NCBI GenBank assembly: GCA_044378145.1
Contig: JBIPNX010000001.1
Location: forward strand, 1 to 26,747
DNA: 26,747 nucleotides
DNA from: Flavobacteriales bacterium
GTDB lineage: Bacteria; Bacteroidota; Bacteroidia; CAMBQF01
Direction of reading: 5' to 3'
Positions 1-8,933 of this stretch are shown here, one piece after another. Made by a program: the position numbers and the translations under genes. Under the pieces are notes generated by a model. The model saw nothing but the letters and a program-made list of their open reading frames with translations. It had not been told where the DNA came from and did no database searches. The stretch's first letter is position 1. Every line of letters starts with the position of its first letter.

Positions 1-2
1 AC

Positions 3-3000
3 AACGATGAGCTAATAGCTATACTTGATACTGCTTCTACGCCTGAAGATACCCCTGTAACTATCCAGGTACCTGATAACGATATTGATGTTGACAACAA
101 CATTGATTACAGCAGCGTAACTATTACTCTGCCTCCTGCAAACGGTACTGTATCTGGTATTGACCCTGTAACCGGTTTCATTACCTATACTCCTAACTTA
201 AACTTCAACGGTACTGACTCGTTAATCTACCAGATTTGCGACTTAGGTTCGCCGGTATATTGCGATACAGCATGGGTATACATTAACGTAGGTCCTGTAA
301 ACGACCCACCGGTTGCTGTAACCGATACTGCTTCTACCCTTGAAGATACCCCAATCAACATTAACATAGACTTTAACGACTATGATGTTGATGGTAACCT
401 TGACACTAACTCAGTTGTAATAGTAACACCACCATTATTTGGTAACGCTATTTACGACCCAACACTTGGTGAGATTATCTATACCCCGAATGCCAACTTC
501 TTTGGCACAGACAGCTTATTGTACAACATTTGCGACAGCTTAGGTTTGTGCGATACTGCATGGGTATTTATTACTATCCAAAGTGTTCCTGACTTAGTTC
601 TTGATCCTAGCATTTTCCCAAGCGGTAACAACATTAGCTGCTTTGGTGCTAACGATGGTTCAATTGACTTAACAATTGACCTTGGAGTACCTCCATACAC
701 TATTACATGGACAGGTCCTAACGGTTTCTCAGCTAACACTGAAGATATCAGCGGCCTTGCTCCGGGTACTTACACTGTAGTTGTTGTTGATGCTAACGGT
801 AGCACTGCTACAGGCTCAATAACCTTAACAGAGCCACCATTGCTACAAAGCAGTACTGTGGTAGTTAGCTACAGCGGAGGTTACAATGTTAGCTGCGGCG
901 GTGCCGTACCTGCTTGCGATGGTTCTGTTGACTTATCGGTTGTTGGTGGTTCTGCTCCATACAGCTATAGCTGGACAGGTCCTGCTGGTTTTGTAGCCGT
1001 AACACAAGATATCTCTGGTATTTGTGTAGGTACTTACACTGTAGTTGTTACTGATGCTAACGGCTGTACAACAACACAAACTGTAACCTTAACTGCTCCG
1101 CCTGCTCTTGAGGTTGGTGGTGTGGCCCTTGAATACAATGGTGGATACAACGTAAGCTGTGCTAACGCATGCGATGGTTCTATTGATCTTGTAGTTAACG
1201 GTGGTGTTGCTCAATTTGCAATTTCTTGGACAGGTCCTAACAACTTCTCTTCTTCAAGCGAAGATATTAGCAACCTATGTGCAGGTACTTATGTTGTAAC
1301 TGTGGTTGATGCTAACAACTGTTCAACTACTGCTACTGTTACACTTCTTGCTCCTCAGCCATTAACTTCTGGCGCAGTAGCTGCAGTAGTAGCGGGTGGT
1401 TTCAACATCACATGTAACGGTGCTTGCAACGGCTCTATCAACGCTACTATTGGCGGTGGTACTGCTCCATACTCATATAGCTGGGTTGGCCCTAATGGTT
1501 TTGTAGCCATTACCGAAGATCTAAGCGGCCTATGTGCAGGTACTTATGTATTAACTGTAACTGATGCTAACGGTTGTACTTCAACCAGCACTGTAACCTT
1601 AACACAACCAGAGGTACTTAGCACTACTGCTTTAGCTGCAACTACCGATGGTGGTTCTAACATTAGCTGTAATGGTGCTTGCGACGGTTCTATTAACTTA
1701 ACTGTAACCGGTGGCACTGCTCCATACACAATCAACTGGGTTGGACCTAACGGCTTTGTATCATCACTTGAAGATATAAGCGCCCTATGTGTTGGTACTT
1801 ATGTTGCTACTGTGACTGATGCTAACGGTTGTACTTCTACTGTAACGGTAACGTTAACTGAGCCTACTCCACTTGTTTCAACAGGTGTTCTATCATCTTA
1901 CACAGGTGGTTATAACATTAGCTGTAACGGTGGTAACAACGGTTCTATAGACGTAACTACAACAGGTGGTTCTGGTAGCTATACCTTTAACTGGTCTGGT
2001 CCTGGTGGTTTCTCGGCTAACACTGAAGATATTGCCAACCTATATGCAGGTACGTATACCCTGATTGTAAGCGACGTTAACGGTTGCGATGATACACTAA
2101 CATTCATCATGACTGAGCCTGAGCCAATCAGCTTAGTTGCTGTTAATGCTCCAAGCTTCTGTGGTTTGTCTAACGGTACTATCGACCTTACTGTAAACGG
2201 TGGCTCTGGCTTCTACAACTTTGTGTGGACAGATGGCAATACCGGTTTAGTAATTGGTAACACTGAAGACTTGTTCAACATTACAGGCGGTGTATACATT
2301 GTAGCTGTGACTGATACTAACGGTTGTACAATGATAGATACTGTTATAGTAGGTGATAAACCACCGGTAGTTATAACTGGTACTACAACACCAACAAACT
2401 GTAATGGTGCATGCAACGGTGCTATTAACGTAACACTTGTAGGCGATGGCCCATACATTATCAACTGGACAGGCCCTAACAACTTCTCTTCTACAGACGA
2501 AGATTTAGTAGCCCTATGTGCCGGTACTTACATCATCACTGTACAAGATGGAAACAGCTGTACTGTTGTTGATACGTTTGTTATTACTGCACCAAATGCT
2601 ATAAACATAACTGTGGTAGCTAACAATGCTGCAACATGTAATGCAAGCAACGGTAGCATCGACATTAGTGTTGAAGGTGGCTCTGGTACTTACAGCTATA
2701 GCTGGACAGGACCTAACGGCTTCACTTCAACCAGCCAAGACCTAACCGGCCTGGCTGAAGGTTGCTATGTTGTAACTGTAACTGATGCAAGCGGCTGTAC
2801 AAGCACTCAAACAATCTGTGTAGGTTCTGTATCTGCACTGGTATTGAATACTACTCCGGTTAACGTTAGCTGTAACGGCTTAAACAACGGCTCGGCTTGT
2901 GCTGAGGTAACTGGCTCTACGCCTCCGGTAAGCTTCTTATGGTCTAACGGCGACACTACACAGTGTACTGATAGCTTAGCTCCGGGTACTTATGTAGTTA

Positions 3001-3602
3001 TTGTTACTGATGCAAACGGTTGTACAGGTTCTGATACTATTGTAATTACTGAGCCTGATGCAATTATAGTTGCTGCTGATATACCTGTTTATCCTAACGG
3101 TTATAACGTAAGCGGCCCTGATGCTGAAGATGGTTCTATTGACCTGACTGTTACCGGTGGTACTGTTCCTTACACTTACGATTGGAACTTACCAGCACCT
3201 AACGATATATTAGAAGACCAAGTATCTCTACCTGCCGACACGTATGTTGTTGTGATTACCGATGCTAACGGCTGTACTATTACTGAAGAGTATATCTTAA
3301 CCGAGCCACCATTAATTGAGCTACCAACTGGTTTCTCTCCTGACAATGGTGACGGTTTGAATGACTTCTATGTAATTCACGGTATTGATGGTTTAATAGA
3401 CAACAAGTTCACCGTGTTCAACCGTTGGGGACAAGTAATCTTTGAAAAAGAAGGTTACCAAAACGATTGGGCCGGTACCAACTTCCAAGGCAGGTTAATG
3501 CCAGACGGAACCTACTTTATACTGTTTACTGTTAACGTTCCTAACCAAGGCAACTTAACTTTCAAAGCAACAGTAGAACTTCGTCACAACCTTGGTAAAT
3601 AA
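3..3602 (+). CDS. SprB-like T9SS adhesin, 5'-truncated by the window edge: at least 2 Big_9/cadherin-like Ig repeats, 11 SprB-type repeats and a type B (gliding motility-associated, CHU_C-like) C-terminal domain
   Basis: The frame is open from base 3 (NDELIAILDTASTPEDTPV...YTPNLNFNGTDSLIYQICD); the ORF-track start at 519 is an internal TTG (Leu). Repeats read SC..ACDGSIDLTV.GG..PY.Y.W.GPNGF...EDIS.LCAGTY.V.VTDANGC. The C-terminus reads PTGFSPDNGDGLND...FNRWGQVIFEKEGYQNDWAGT...PDGTYF. Confidence 0.9.
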   Translation, partial: NDELIAILDTASTPEDTPVTIQVPDNDIDVDNNIDYSSVTITLPPANGTVSGIDPVTGFITYTPNLNFNGTDSLIYQICDLGSPVYCDTAWVYINVGPVNDPPVAVTDTASTLEDTPININIDFNDYDVDGNLDTNSVVIVTPPLFGNAIYDPTLGEIIYTPNANFFGTDSLLYNICDSLGLCDTAWVFITIQSVPDLVLDPSIFPSGNNISCFGANDGSIDLTIDLGVPPYTITWTGPNGFSANTEDISGLAPGTYTVVVVDANGSTATGSITLTEPPLLQSSTVVVSYSGGYNVSCGGAVPACDGSVDLSVVGGSAPYSYSWTGPAGFVAVTQDISGICVGTYTVVVTDANGCTTTQTVTLTAPPALEVGGVALEYNGGYNVSCANACDGSIDLVVNGGVAQFAISWTGPNNFSSSSEDISNLCAGTYVVTVVDANNCSTTATVTLLAPQPLTSGAVAAVVAGGFNITCNGACNGSINATIGGGTAPYSYSWVGPNGFVAITEDLSGLCAGTYVLTVTDANGCTSTSTVTLTQPEVLSTTALAATTDGGSNISCNGACDGSINLTVTGGTAPYTINWVGPNGFVSSLEDISALCVGTYVATVTDANGCTSTVTVTLTEPTPLVSTGVLSSYTGGYNISCNGGNNGSIDVTTTGGSGSYTFNWSGPGGFSANTEDIANLYAGTYTLIVSDVNGCDDTLTFIMTEPEPISLVAVNAPSFCGLSNGTIDLTVNGGSGFYNFVWTDGNTGLVIGNTEDLFNITGGVYIVAVTDTNGCTMIDTVIVGDKPPVVITGTTTPTNCNGACNGAINVTLVGDGPYIINWTGPNNFSSTDEDLVALCAGTYIITVQDGNSCTVVDTFVITAPNAINITVVANNAATCNASNGSIDISVEGGSGTYSYSWTGPNGFTSTSQDLTGLAEGCYVVTVTDASGCTSTQTICVGSVSALVLNTTPVNVSCNGLNNGSACAEVTGSTPPVSFLWSNGDTTQCTDSLAPGTYVVIVTDANGCTGSDTIVITEPDAIIVAADIPVYPNGYNVSGPDAEDGSIDLTVTGGTVPYTYDWNLPAPNDILEDQVSLPADTYVVVITDANGCTITEEYILTEPPLIELPTGFSPDNGDGLNDFYVIHGIDGLIDNKFTVFNRWGQVIFEKEGYQNDWAGTNFQGRLMPDGTYFILFTVNVPNQGNLTFKATVELRHNLGK

Positions 3603-3622
3603 TAATTGATAGTGTAAAAATT

Positions 3623-3644
3623 CCGGCGCGGCTTGCCGCGCCGG
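3623..3644 (+). promoter_or_regulatory. Perfect 9-bp GC-only hairpin (CCGGCGCGG-CTTG-CCGCGCCGG) inside the operon; likely an mRNA-stabilising or attenuating stem-loop
   Basis: Exact inverted repeat 20 nt after the adhesin stop. Followed by TTATTA rather than a long U-tract. No TAnnTTTG box in the gap. Confidence 0.6.
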
Positions 3645-3685
3645 TTATTATAAAGAGAATTAAACAGGTTTAAAAACCAGATAAT

Positions 3686-4621
3686 ATGAAAAAGGTTATA
3701 CTAACAGCAGCATTGGCCATAGCAGCACTTACGGGTCTTAAAGCCCAACAGGAAGCTATGTTTAGCCAGTACATGTTTAACCAGGTATTCTTAAATCCGG
3801 CGTACGCAGGTACTCAAAGCTACATTTCGAGCACGCTGCTTTACCGCGACCAGTGGACTAACTGGGAAGGTGCACCTAAAACGGCAGTACTGTCGGTAGA
3901 TGGTCCTATTGCCAATAACACAATGGGCTGGGGTTTATCTATCTGTAACGACAAAATTGGCGTTAACAACAACACCGATATTTATGCTAACTACGCATAC
4001 AAAATTAAGTTTAGCGAGAAAACCCGCTTAAGCTTTGGTATACGCGCAGGTGGTACATTTATCAATGCACAATCACCTGAAATTTACTGGGATGGCCAAA
4101 ATGGCGGCGACCCAAACATGCAACCTTTTCGCGCGTTTGCTACCCGTATAGGTTTTGGTATGTTTTTTAATACCGAAAGGTTTTATGCCGGTTTATCGTT
4201 CCCAACGTTAATGGCTTATGTGCCTAAAACCAAGTTTAATATTGATTTTACTAAAACAAGCTTTTTACGCCGTCACTACTTTTTACAAGCAGGTTACGTA
4301 ATTAAAGCCAACGACTTTTTGAAAATCCGCCCATCGTTTTTAATGAAATACCAAACGGCTACAGTAGCTCCGGTACAATTCGACTTTAACCTTCATTTTC
4401 TGTTTAACGACAAGGTATGGGTTGGAGCATCGTACCGTACACAAGATGCTGTAGTTGGTATGATAGAGTTTTTAATCAACCGCCGTTTCCGTATAGGTTA
4501 TGCTTACGATTATAAACTGCAAAGCGTACGTTACAACTATGTTGGTGCATCGCATGAGTTTATGCTTGGCTTTGACTTTGGCCGCGGTTTATTAAAAATT
4601 AAAACACCACGCTACTTCTAA
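3686..4621 (+). CDS. PorP/SprF family T9SS outer-membrane beta-barrel protein
   Basis: Signal peptide, then QQEAMFSQYMFNQVFLNPAYAG, YRDQWTNWEGAPKT, FRIGYAYDY and SHEFMLGFDF...KTPRYF. Lies directly after a type B CTD gene, the usual context. Confidence 0.92.
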   Translation: MKKVILTAALAIAALTGLKAQQEAMFSQYMFNQVFLNPAYAGTQSYISSTLLYRDQWTNWEGAPKTAVLSVDGPIANNTMGWGLSICNDKIGVNNNTDIYANYAYKIKFSEKTRLSFGIRAGGTFINAQSPEIYWDGQNGGDPNMQPFRAFATRIGFGMFFNTERFYAGLSFPTLMAYVPKTKFNIDFTKTSFLRRHYFLQAGYVIKANDFLKIRPSFLMKYQTATVAPVQFDFNLHFLFNDKVWVGASYRTQDAVVGMIEFLINRRFRIGYAYDYKLQSVRYNYVGASHEFMLGFDFGRGLLKIKTPRYF

Positions 4622-4658
4622 ACCAAGGCTCACACTAACTATCTATAATCAAATACCG

Positions 4659-6569
4659 ATGATAAAGAATTATATACGCTTGGCATGCATCGCTACACTG
4701 GTAATATTATTTGCCGGCTGCGCTCAAATGTATTTTAAGCAAGGAACTAAATCGTTTGACATGTTGCGTTTTTCAAAAGCAATTGACTCTTTTGAAAAAG
4801 CGTTGGACAGGAAAGACATTCCCAATGCCAAAGAAGGCCTGGCTAATGCATACCGTTTAACAAACAATACGGTAAAGGCAGAAAAAACCTATGCCGATGT
4901 GGTATTGCTACCGGATACAGACCCGTTGAACTATTTTCATTATGCCCGTATGTTGATGGCTAATAAGAAGTATGACGAGGCTAAAATTTGGTTTAACAAA
5001 TACCTTTCTGTTAAAGCAGGCGACCAAACAGCTCAGGTGCTATTAGCATCGTGCGACTCTTCGGTTGTATTTAACCGCGATACACTACGTTATTCAATAG
5101 AGCTTGTTCAATTAAAAGGTTTAGAAAACTACTACACTACCGCGCTTTATAAAGACGGCTTTGTTTTTTCTGCAGACCGTAATGAGATTGATGCTGACAT
5201 GGTAAATCCATGGACAGGCAACTCTTACCTTGACCTTTACTATACCGAAAACAAAGGCACTGATAAATGGGATGAGCCTAAGAAATTAGAAGGCCCGATT
5301 AACGGCCCTTACCACGAAGGCCCTTCTGTAATTACTAAGGATGGTAAAACCATTTACTTTACCCGTAGTAACTATACCAAAAGCAAGCTTAAAAAAGGTG
5401 CTGATAATACTAACAACCTTCAGCTATTCCGCGCTACACTTGATGGCGATAAGTGGAAAGACCTTGCTATGTTTAAATACAACAGCCCTGATTACTCAAC
5501 AGGCCACCCAACTTTATCGGCCGATGAGCAAACACTGTACTTTATTTCAGACATGCCGGGCGGCTTAGGTGGCACCGATATTTATATGGCTAAAAAAGAA
5601 GGCGAAGGTTGGGGCACCCCAATTAACCTTGGCCCGGGCATTAACTCATCGTTAGATGAGATGTTCCCATTCTATTGCCCAGGCGATTCTGCACTTTACT
5701 ACTCTTCAGAAGGCCATACCAATATGGGCGGTTTAGACGTGTTCCGTGCAAAAGATTTAGGCAACGGTAAATTTGGCCGTGCTGTAAACGAGGGTTACCC
5801 TTTAAATACAACACAAGACGACTTTGCTTATACCTTAAAGCCTGACATGAAAAATGGCTTTATCTCATCTAACCGTTTAGGTGGTGATAAGATATTCACC
5901 TTTGTTAAGAAGAAAGAAGTACCGCCACTGGCCTTTATGCTTGTGGGTACTGTTACTGATAAGTCTACCGGCTTGCCATTGGCAAACTCTAAGGTTGAGG
6001 TTATTGATATGCAAAACAATACCAAGCTTGAGTTTACTACCGATGCTAACGGTAACTACCAAACACCTATTGATCCTAATACCGATTACTCATTAATCGC
6101 GTCTAAAGAGAAATACTCTACCGCTACCGGCGATGCTACAACCAAAGGCTTAACCAAATCGGAGACTATCCGTCGCGACTTTGTGTTAGACCCATTTGCT
6201 CCTGTGGTTAACAAAGAATTTACGCTGGAAAACATCTACTACGATTTGGACAAATACAACATTCGTCCTGATGCGGCTGTAGAGCTTGACAAAATTGTTA
6301 AGTTGATGAAAGAGTATCCAAACATGGTTATCGAGCTAGGTTCTCATACCGACTCGCGTGCCCCGGATCAATACAACATTACACTGTCAGAAAACCGTGC
6401 TAAATCGGCCGTTGCTTACCTTGTTAAACGTGGTATATCTAAAGACCGCTTAACCTGGAAAGGCTATGGTGAAACCAAACTGGTTAACGGTTGCTCTAAT
6501 GATGTTAAGTGTACAGAAGACGAGCACCAACGTAACCGTCGTACAACGTTTAAAGTACTTAGCTACTAA
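4659..6569 (+). CDS. PorE-like lipoprotein: TPR, PD40 beta-propeller, carboxypeptidase-regulatory-like domain and OmpA C-terminal peptidoglycan-binding domain
   Basis: Lipobox LFAGC. PD40-like LYFISDMPGGLGGTDIY and NLGPGINSSLDEMFP. OmpA motifs IELGSHTDSRAPDQYNITLSENRAKS and HQRNRRTTF. Confidence 0.85.
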   Translation: MIKNYIRLACIATLVILFAGCAQMYFKQGTKSFDMLRFSKAIDSFEKALDRKDIPNAKEGLANAYRLTNNTVKAEKTYADVVLLPDTDPLNYFHYARMLMANKKYDEAKIWFNKYLSVKAGDQTAQVLLASCDSSVVFNRDTLRYSIELVQLKGLENYYTTALYKDGFVFSADRNEIDADMVNPWTGNSYLDLYYTENKGTDKWDEPKKLEGPINGPYHEGPSVITKDGKTIYFTRSNYTKSKLKKGADNTNNLQLFRATLDGDKWKDLAMFKYNSPDYSTGHPTLSADEQTLYFISDMPGGLGGTDIYMAKKEGEGWGTPINLGPGINSSLDEMFPFYCPGDSALYYSSEGHTNMGGLDVFRAKDLGNGKFGRAVNEGYPLNTTQDDFAYTLKPDMKNGFISSNRLGGDKIFTFVKKKEVPPLAFMLVGTVTDKSTGLPLANSKVEVIDMQNNTKLEFTTDANGNYQTPIDPNTDYSLIASKEKYSTATGDATTKGLTKSETIRRDFVLDPFAPVVNKEFTLENIYYDLDKYNIRPDAAVELDKIVKLMKEYPNMVIELGSHTDSRAPDQYNITLSENRAKSAVAYLVKRGISKDRLTWKGYGETKLVNGCSNDVKCTEDEHQRNRRTTFKVLSY

Positions 6570-6596
6570 AGAATTTAGTTAGACAAATAAAAGTGT

Positions 6597-7667
6597 TTAG
6601 TATGAAAGGGCCTTGCAGTAATGCAGGGCCTTTCTAATTTCAGGCTCGCTTACCGCAACATCTGTCTGGCAAGAGCCAACGCCCGTAATAAGGGCCATGT
6701 TTATATTGCCGTTGCTGTTTTTCTTGTCTTGTTCCATCAGGGTTAGTATGGCTTCTTCGTCATACTCATCAAGGCCATTAAAGCTAAAATGTCCGGCAAT
6801 AAACTCTTCAATTTCTTTTAACAATACGGGCGATATAAGCCCTTTTTCTACCGCTACAAAGCACTCGCATACTATACCAATGGCAATAGCTTCGCCATGC
6901 AGCAGTTCGTTGTCCGAGCCAATAAAATAACTCTCTATAGCATGCCCGAATGTGTGCCCAAAGTTTAGTGCACGGCGCTCGGCTTTGTCCAATGGGTCTT
7001 GGGTTACTATGGCATTTTTAATTTCAATGCTGCGGGGTATGTAGCGGCCTATTTCTTCGGTATGGGTAGGGTTTACGGTTTTCAATTCAGCCCACAATTC
7101 GGCATCGGCAATAAGGGCGTGTTTTACCATTTCGGCAAAGCCACTATAAAGCTCACGCTCGGGTAAGGTCTTTAAAAACACAGGGTCTATAAAAACAGCC
7201 TGCGGGTTAGAGAATAACCCTATCTGGTTTTTAATAGAGTTGAAATCGAAGCCTGTTTTACCACCTACAGATGCATCTACCATAGCCAGCAGGCTGGTGG
7301 GGATATTGATGTAGGGTATTCCCCTTTTAAATGTTGAAGCGGCAAAGCCTCCCATATCGCTAACCAAACCGCCGCCCAGGTTTATAAGGAGGGTGTTGCG
7401 GTCGGTACCAAGCCCCGTAAGGCTGTCCCATATATGGCTAATGTTAACCAGGGTTTTATTAACCTCGCCCGAAGGTATTTCTATTACCTCGGCATTAGCA
7501 ATGCTATCAGAATAACCGGAAATAACGGGGAGGCAAAGCTCAAAGGTATTATCGTCTACCAGCACCACAATGCTGTGGTTAGGGTAGCGTTCGTCTATAA
7601 AGGCCTGTAATTGGGCAAAAACAGCATTTCTGTGGTAAATAGAATAACCTGTAGATGATATTTGCAT
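6597..7667 (-). CDS. aroB: 3-dehydroquinate synthase
   Basis: GGGLVSDMGGFAASTFKRGIPYINIPTSLLAMVDASVGGKTG, EMVKHALI, LNFGHTFGHAIES, LLHGEAIAIG, DKK. Confidence 0.96.
   Translation of the reverse strand: MQISSTGYSIYHRNAVFAQLQAFIDERYPNHSIVVLVDDNTFELCLPVISGYSDSIANAEVIEIPSGEVNKTLVNISHIWDSLTGLGTDRNTLLINLGGGLVSDMGGFAASTFKRGIPYINIPTSLLAMVDASVGGKTGFDFNSIKNQIGLFSNPQAVFIDPVFLKTLPERELYSGFAEMVKHALIADAELWAELKTVNPTHTEEIGRYIPRSIEIKNAIVTQDPLDKAERRALNFGHTFGHAIESYFIGSDNELLHGEAIAIGIVCECFVAVEKGLISPVLLKEIEEFIAGHFSFNGLDEYDEEAILTLMEQDKKNSNGNINMALITGVGSCQTDVAVSEPEIRKALHYCKALSY
6606..6633. terminator. Probable bidirectional intrinsic terminator between convergent porE-like and aroB, lying within the last codons of aroB
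   Basis: 12-bp stem AAGGGCCTTGCA-GTAA-TGCAGGGCCTTT with 2 G-U pairs on the + strand; T-rich sequence follows on both strands. Confidence 0.55.
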
Positions 7668-7671
7668 AGGT

Positions 7672-7679
7672 CAAAATTA
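7672..7679 (-). promoter_or_regulatory. Bacteroidota housekeeping -7 promoter box (TAATTTTG) for aroB, 4 nt upstream of the ATG
   Basis: Minus strand reads TAATTTTG-ACCT-ATG and matches TAnnTTTG. Confidence 0.65.
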
Positions 7680-7720
7680 AACCATTCTATAAAGGATGAA
7701 CACTAAAAGGCATTGTTTGT

Positions 7721-7728
7721 TAACTTTG
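7721..7728 (+). promoter_or_regulatory. -7 promoter box (TAACTTTG) for mqnE
   Basis: Exact TAnnTTTG match 18 nt upstream of the ATG at 7747. Confidence 0.7.
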
Positions 7729-7746
7729 TACCTGTAATTCAAGTAA

Positions 7747-8931
7747 ATGACAAGTTCAGACCAAGTGCGCACGTTAGTATCCTTATCTAACGTAGATGCT
7801 GCCCTAAAGGCAATAGCAGACAAAGTATTAGCAGACCAACGTATTACCCCCGAAGAAGGCATTTTGCTTTATGAAAAGGCCGACCTGAACTTTGTAGGTA
7901 TGCTGGCTAACTACATCCGCGAAAAGCGCCATGGCGACAAGGTTTTCTTTAACCATAACATACACATAGAGCCTACCAATATTTGTGTGTACGATTGTAA
8001 ATTTTGCTCGTATAGCCGCCTTACAAAACATAAGGAAGAAGGTTGGGAAATGAGCGAAGAACAGATACTGGAAAAAGTACGCAGCTACGATGGGCAAAAG
8101 ATTACTGAAGTACATATTGTAGGCGGCGTTCACCCAAAAATGGGCCTGCAATATTTTGCCGATTTGATTAAGAAAATTAAAGAAATACGCCCTGATATTC
8201 ACGTTAAAGCCTTTACTGCCGTTGAACTGCACTACATGTGCAAAAAAGCAAAGGTTAGCTATGAAGAGGGCTTACGGATTTTGAAAGAACACGGCCAGGA
8301 TTCTTTACCGGGCGGTGGTGCAGAGATTTTTCACCCTGATATTCGTACTGTTATTTGTGAAGATAAATGTACCGCTGACGAATGGCTGGAGATACACGAA
8401 ACAGCCCATAAACTGGGTATGCCGAGTAACGCTACCATGCTATACGGACATATAGAAACGTTTGCCCACCGTGTAGATCACATGGAGCGCTTGCGCCAGC
8501 TACAGGACAAAACAGGCGGTTTTAACACCTTTATCCCGTTAAAATTCCGCAATATGGGCAACCAAATGTCGCATATTAAAGAGTCGTCTATTATTGAGGA
8601 CTTACGTAACTACGCTATCAGTCGTATTTACATGGATAATTTTGGACATATAAAAGCGTACTGGCCTATGATTGGCAGGCAGATAGCCCAGCTATCGCTA
8701 GCCTATGGGGTGGATGATATGGACGGCACTATTGACGATACCACCAAAATATACTCTATGGCAGGTGCTGAGGAGCAGAGCCCATCGTTAACCACCCGCC
8801 AGCTTACCGAACTGATTAAACAGGTTGGTCGCCGCCCTATAGAGCGTGATACTGTTTATAATGTTGTTAAAGACTACACCGATTATGATTGGGGTAGGGA
8901 AGAGATAGAACTGGAAAACCAGAAGAATTAA
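7747..8931 (+). CDS. mqnE: Aminofutalosine synthase MqnE (radical SAM, CofH/MqnC/MqnE family)
   Basis: CxxxCxxC motif in FFNHNIHIEPTNICVYDCKFCSY, plus EVHIVGG, HVKAFTAVE, LPGGGAEIF, NATMLYGHIE and HIKAYWPMIG...GVDDMDGT. Confidence 0.82.
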   Translation: MTSSDQVRTLVSLSNVDAALKAIADKVLADQRITPEEGILLYEKADLNFVGMLANYIREKRHGDKVFFNHNIHIEPTNICVYDCKFCSYSRLTKHKEEGWEMSEEQILEKVRSYDGQKITEVHIVGGVHPKMGLQYFADLIKKIKEIRPDIHVKAFTAVELHYMCKKAKVSYEEGLRILKEHGQDSLPGGGAEIFHPDIRTVICEDKCTADEWLEIHETAHKLGMPSNATMLYGHIETFAHRVDHMERLRQLQDKTGGFNTFIPLKFRNMGNQMSHIKESSIIEDLRNYAISRIYMDNFGHIKAYWPMIGRQIAQLSLAYGVDDMDGTIDDTTKIYSMAGAEEQSPSLTTRQLTELIKQVGRRPIERDTVYNVVKDYTDYDWGREEIELENQKN

Positions 8932-8933
8932 AT

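Noticed and set aside
519-521. ORF-track start of the 1027-aa protein
   Set aside because: It is an internal TTG (Leu). The frame is open back to base 3 and encodes further Ig-like repeats, so the true start is outside the window.
479-2482. Minus-strand ORFs 479-739, 1544-1735 and 2213-2482
   Set aside because: Antisense shadows of the strongly codon-biased repeat protein; no recognisable motifs.
600-3310. Internal DNA repeats of the adhesin as a CRISPR array or DGR template/variable pair
   Set aside because: They are diverged in-frame protein-domain repeats. There are no identical repeats with unique spacers, no adenine-specific mismatch pattern that I could see, and no cas or reverse transcriptase gene.
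7747-8931. CofH or MqnC as alternative identity of the radical SAM protein
   Set aside because: The N-terminal FNHNIHIEPTN and C-terminal KAYWPM motifs fit MqnE better than the NINYTN type of MqnC, and no F420 context is present. Not fully excluded without phylogeny.
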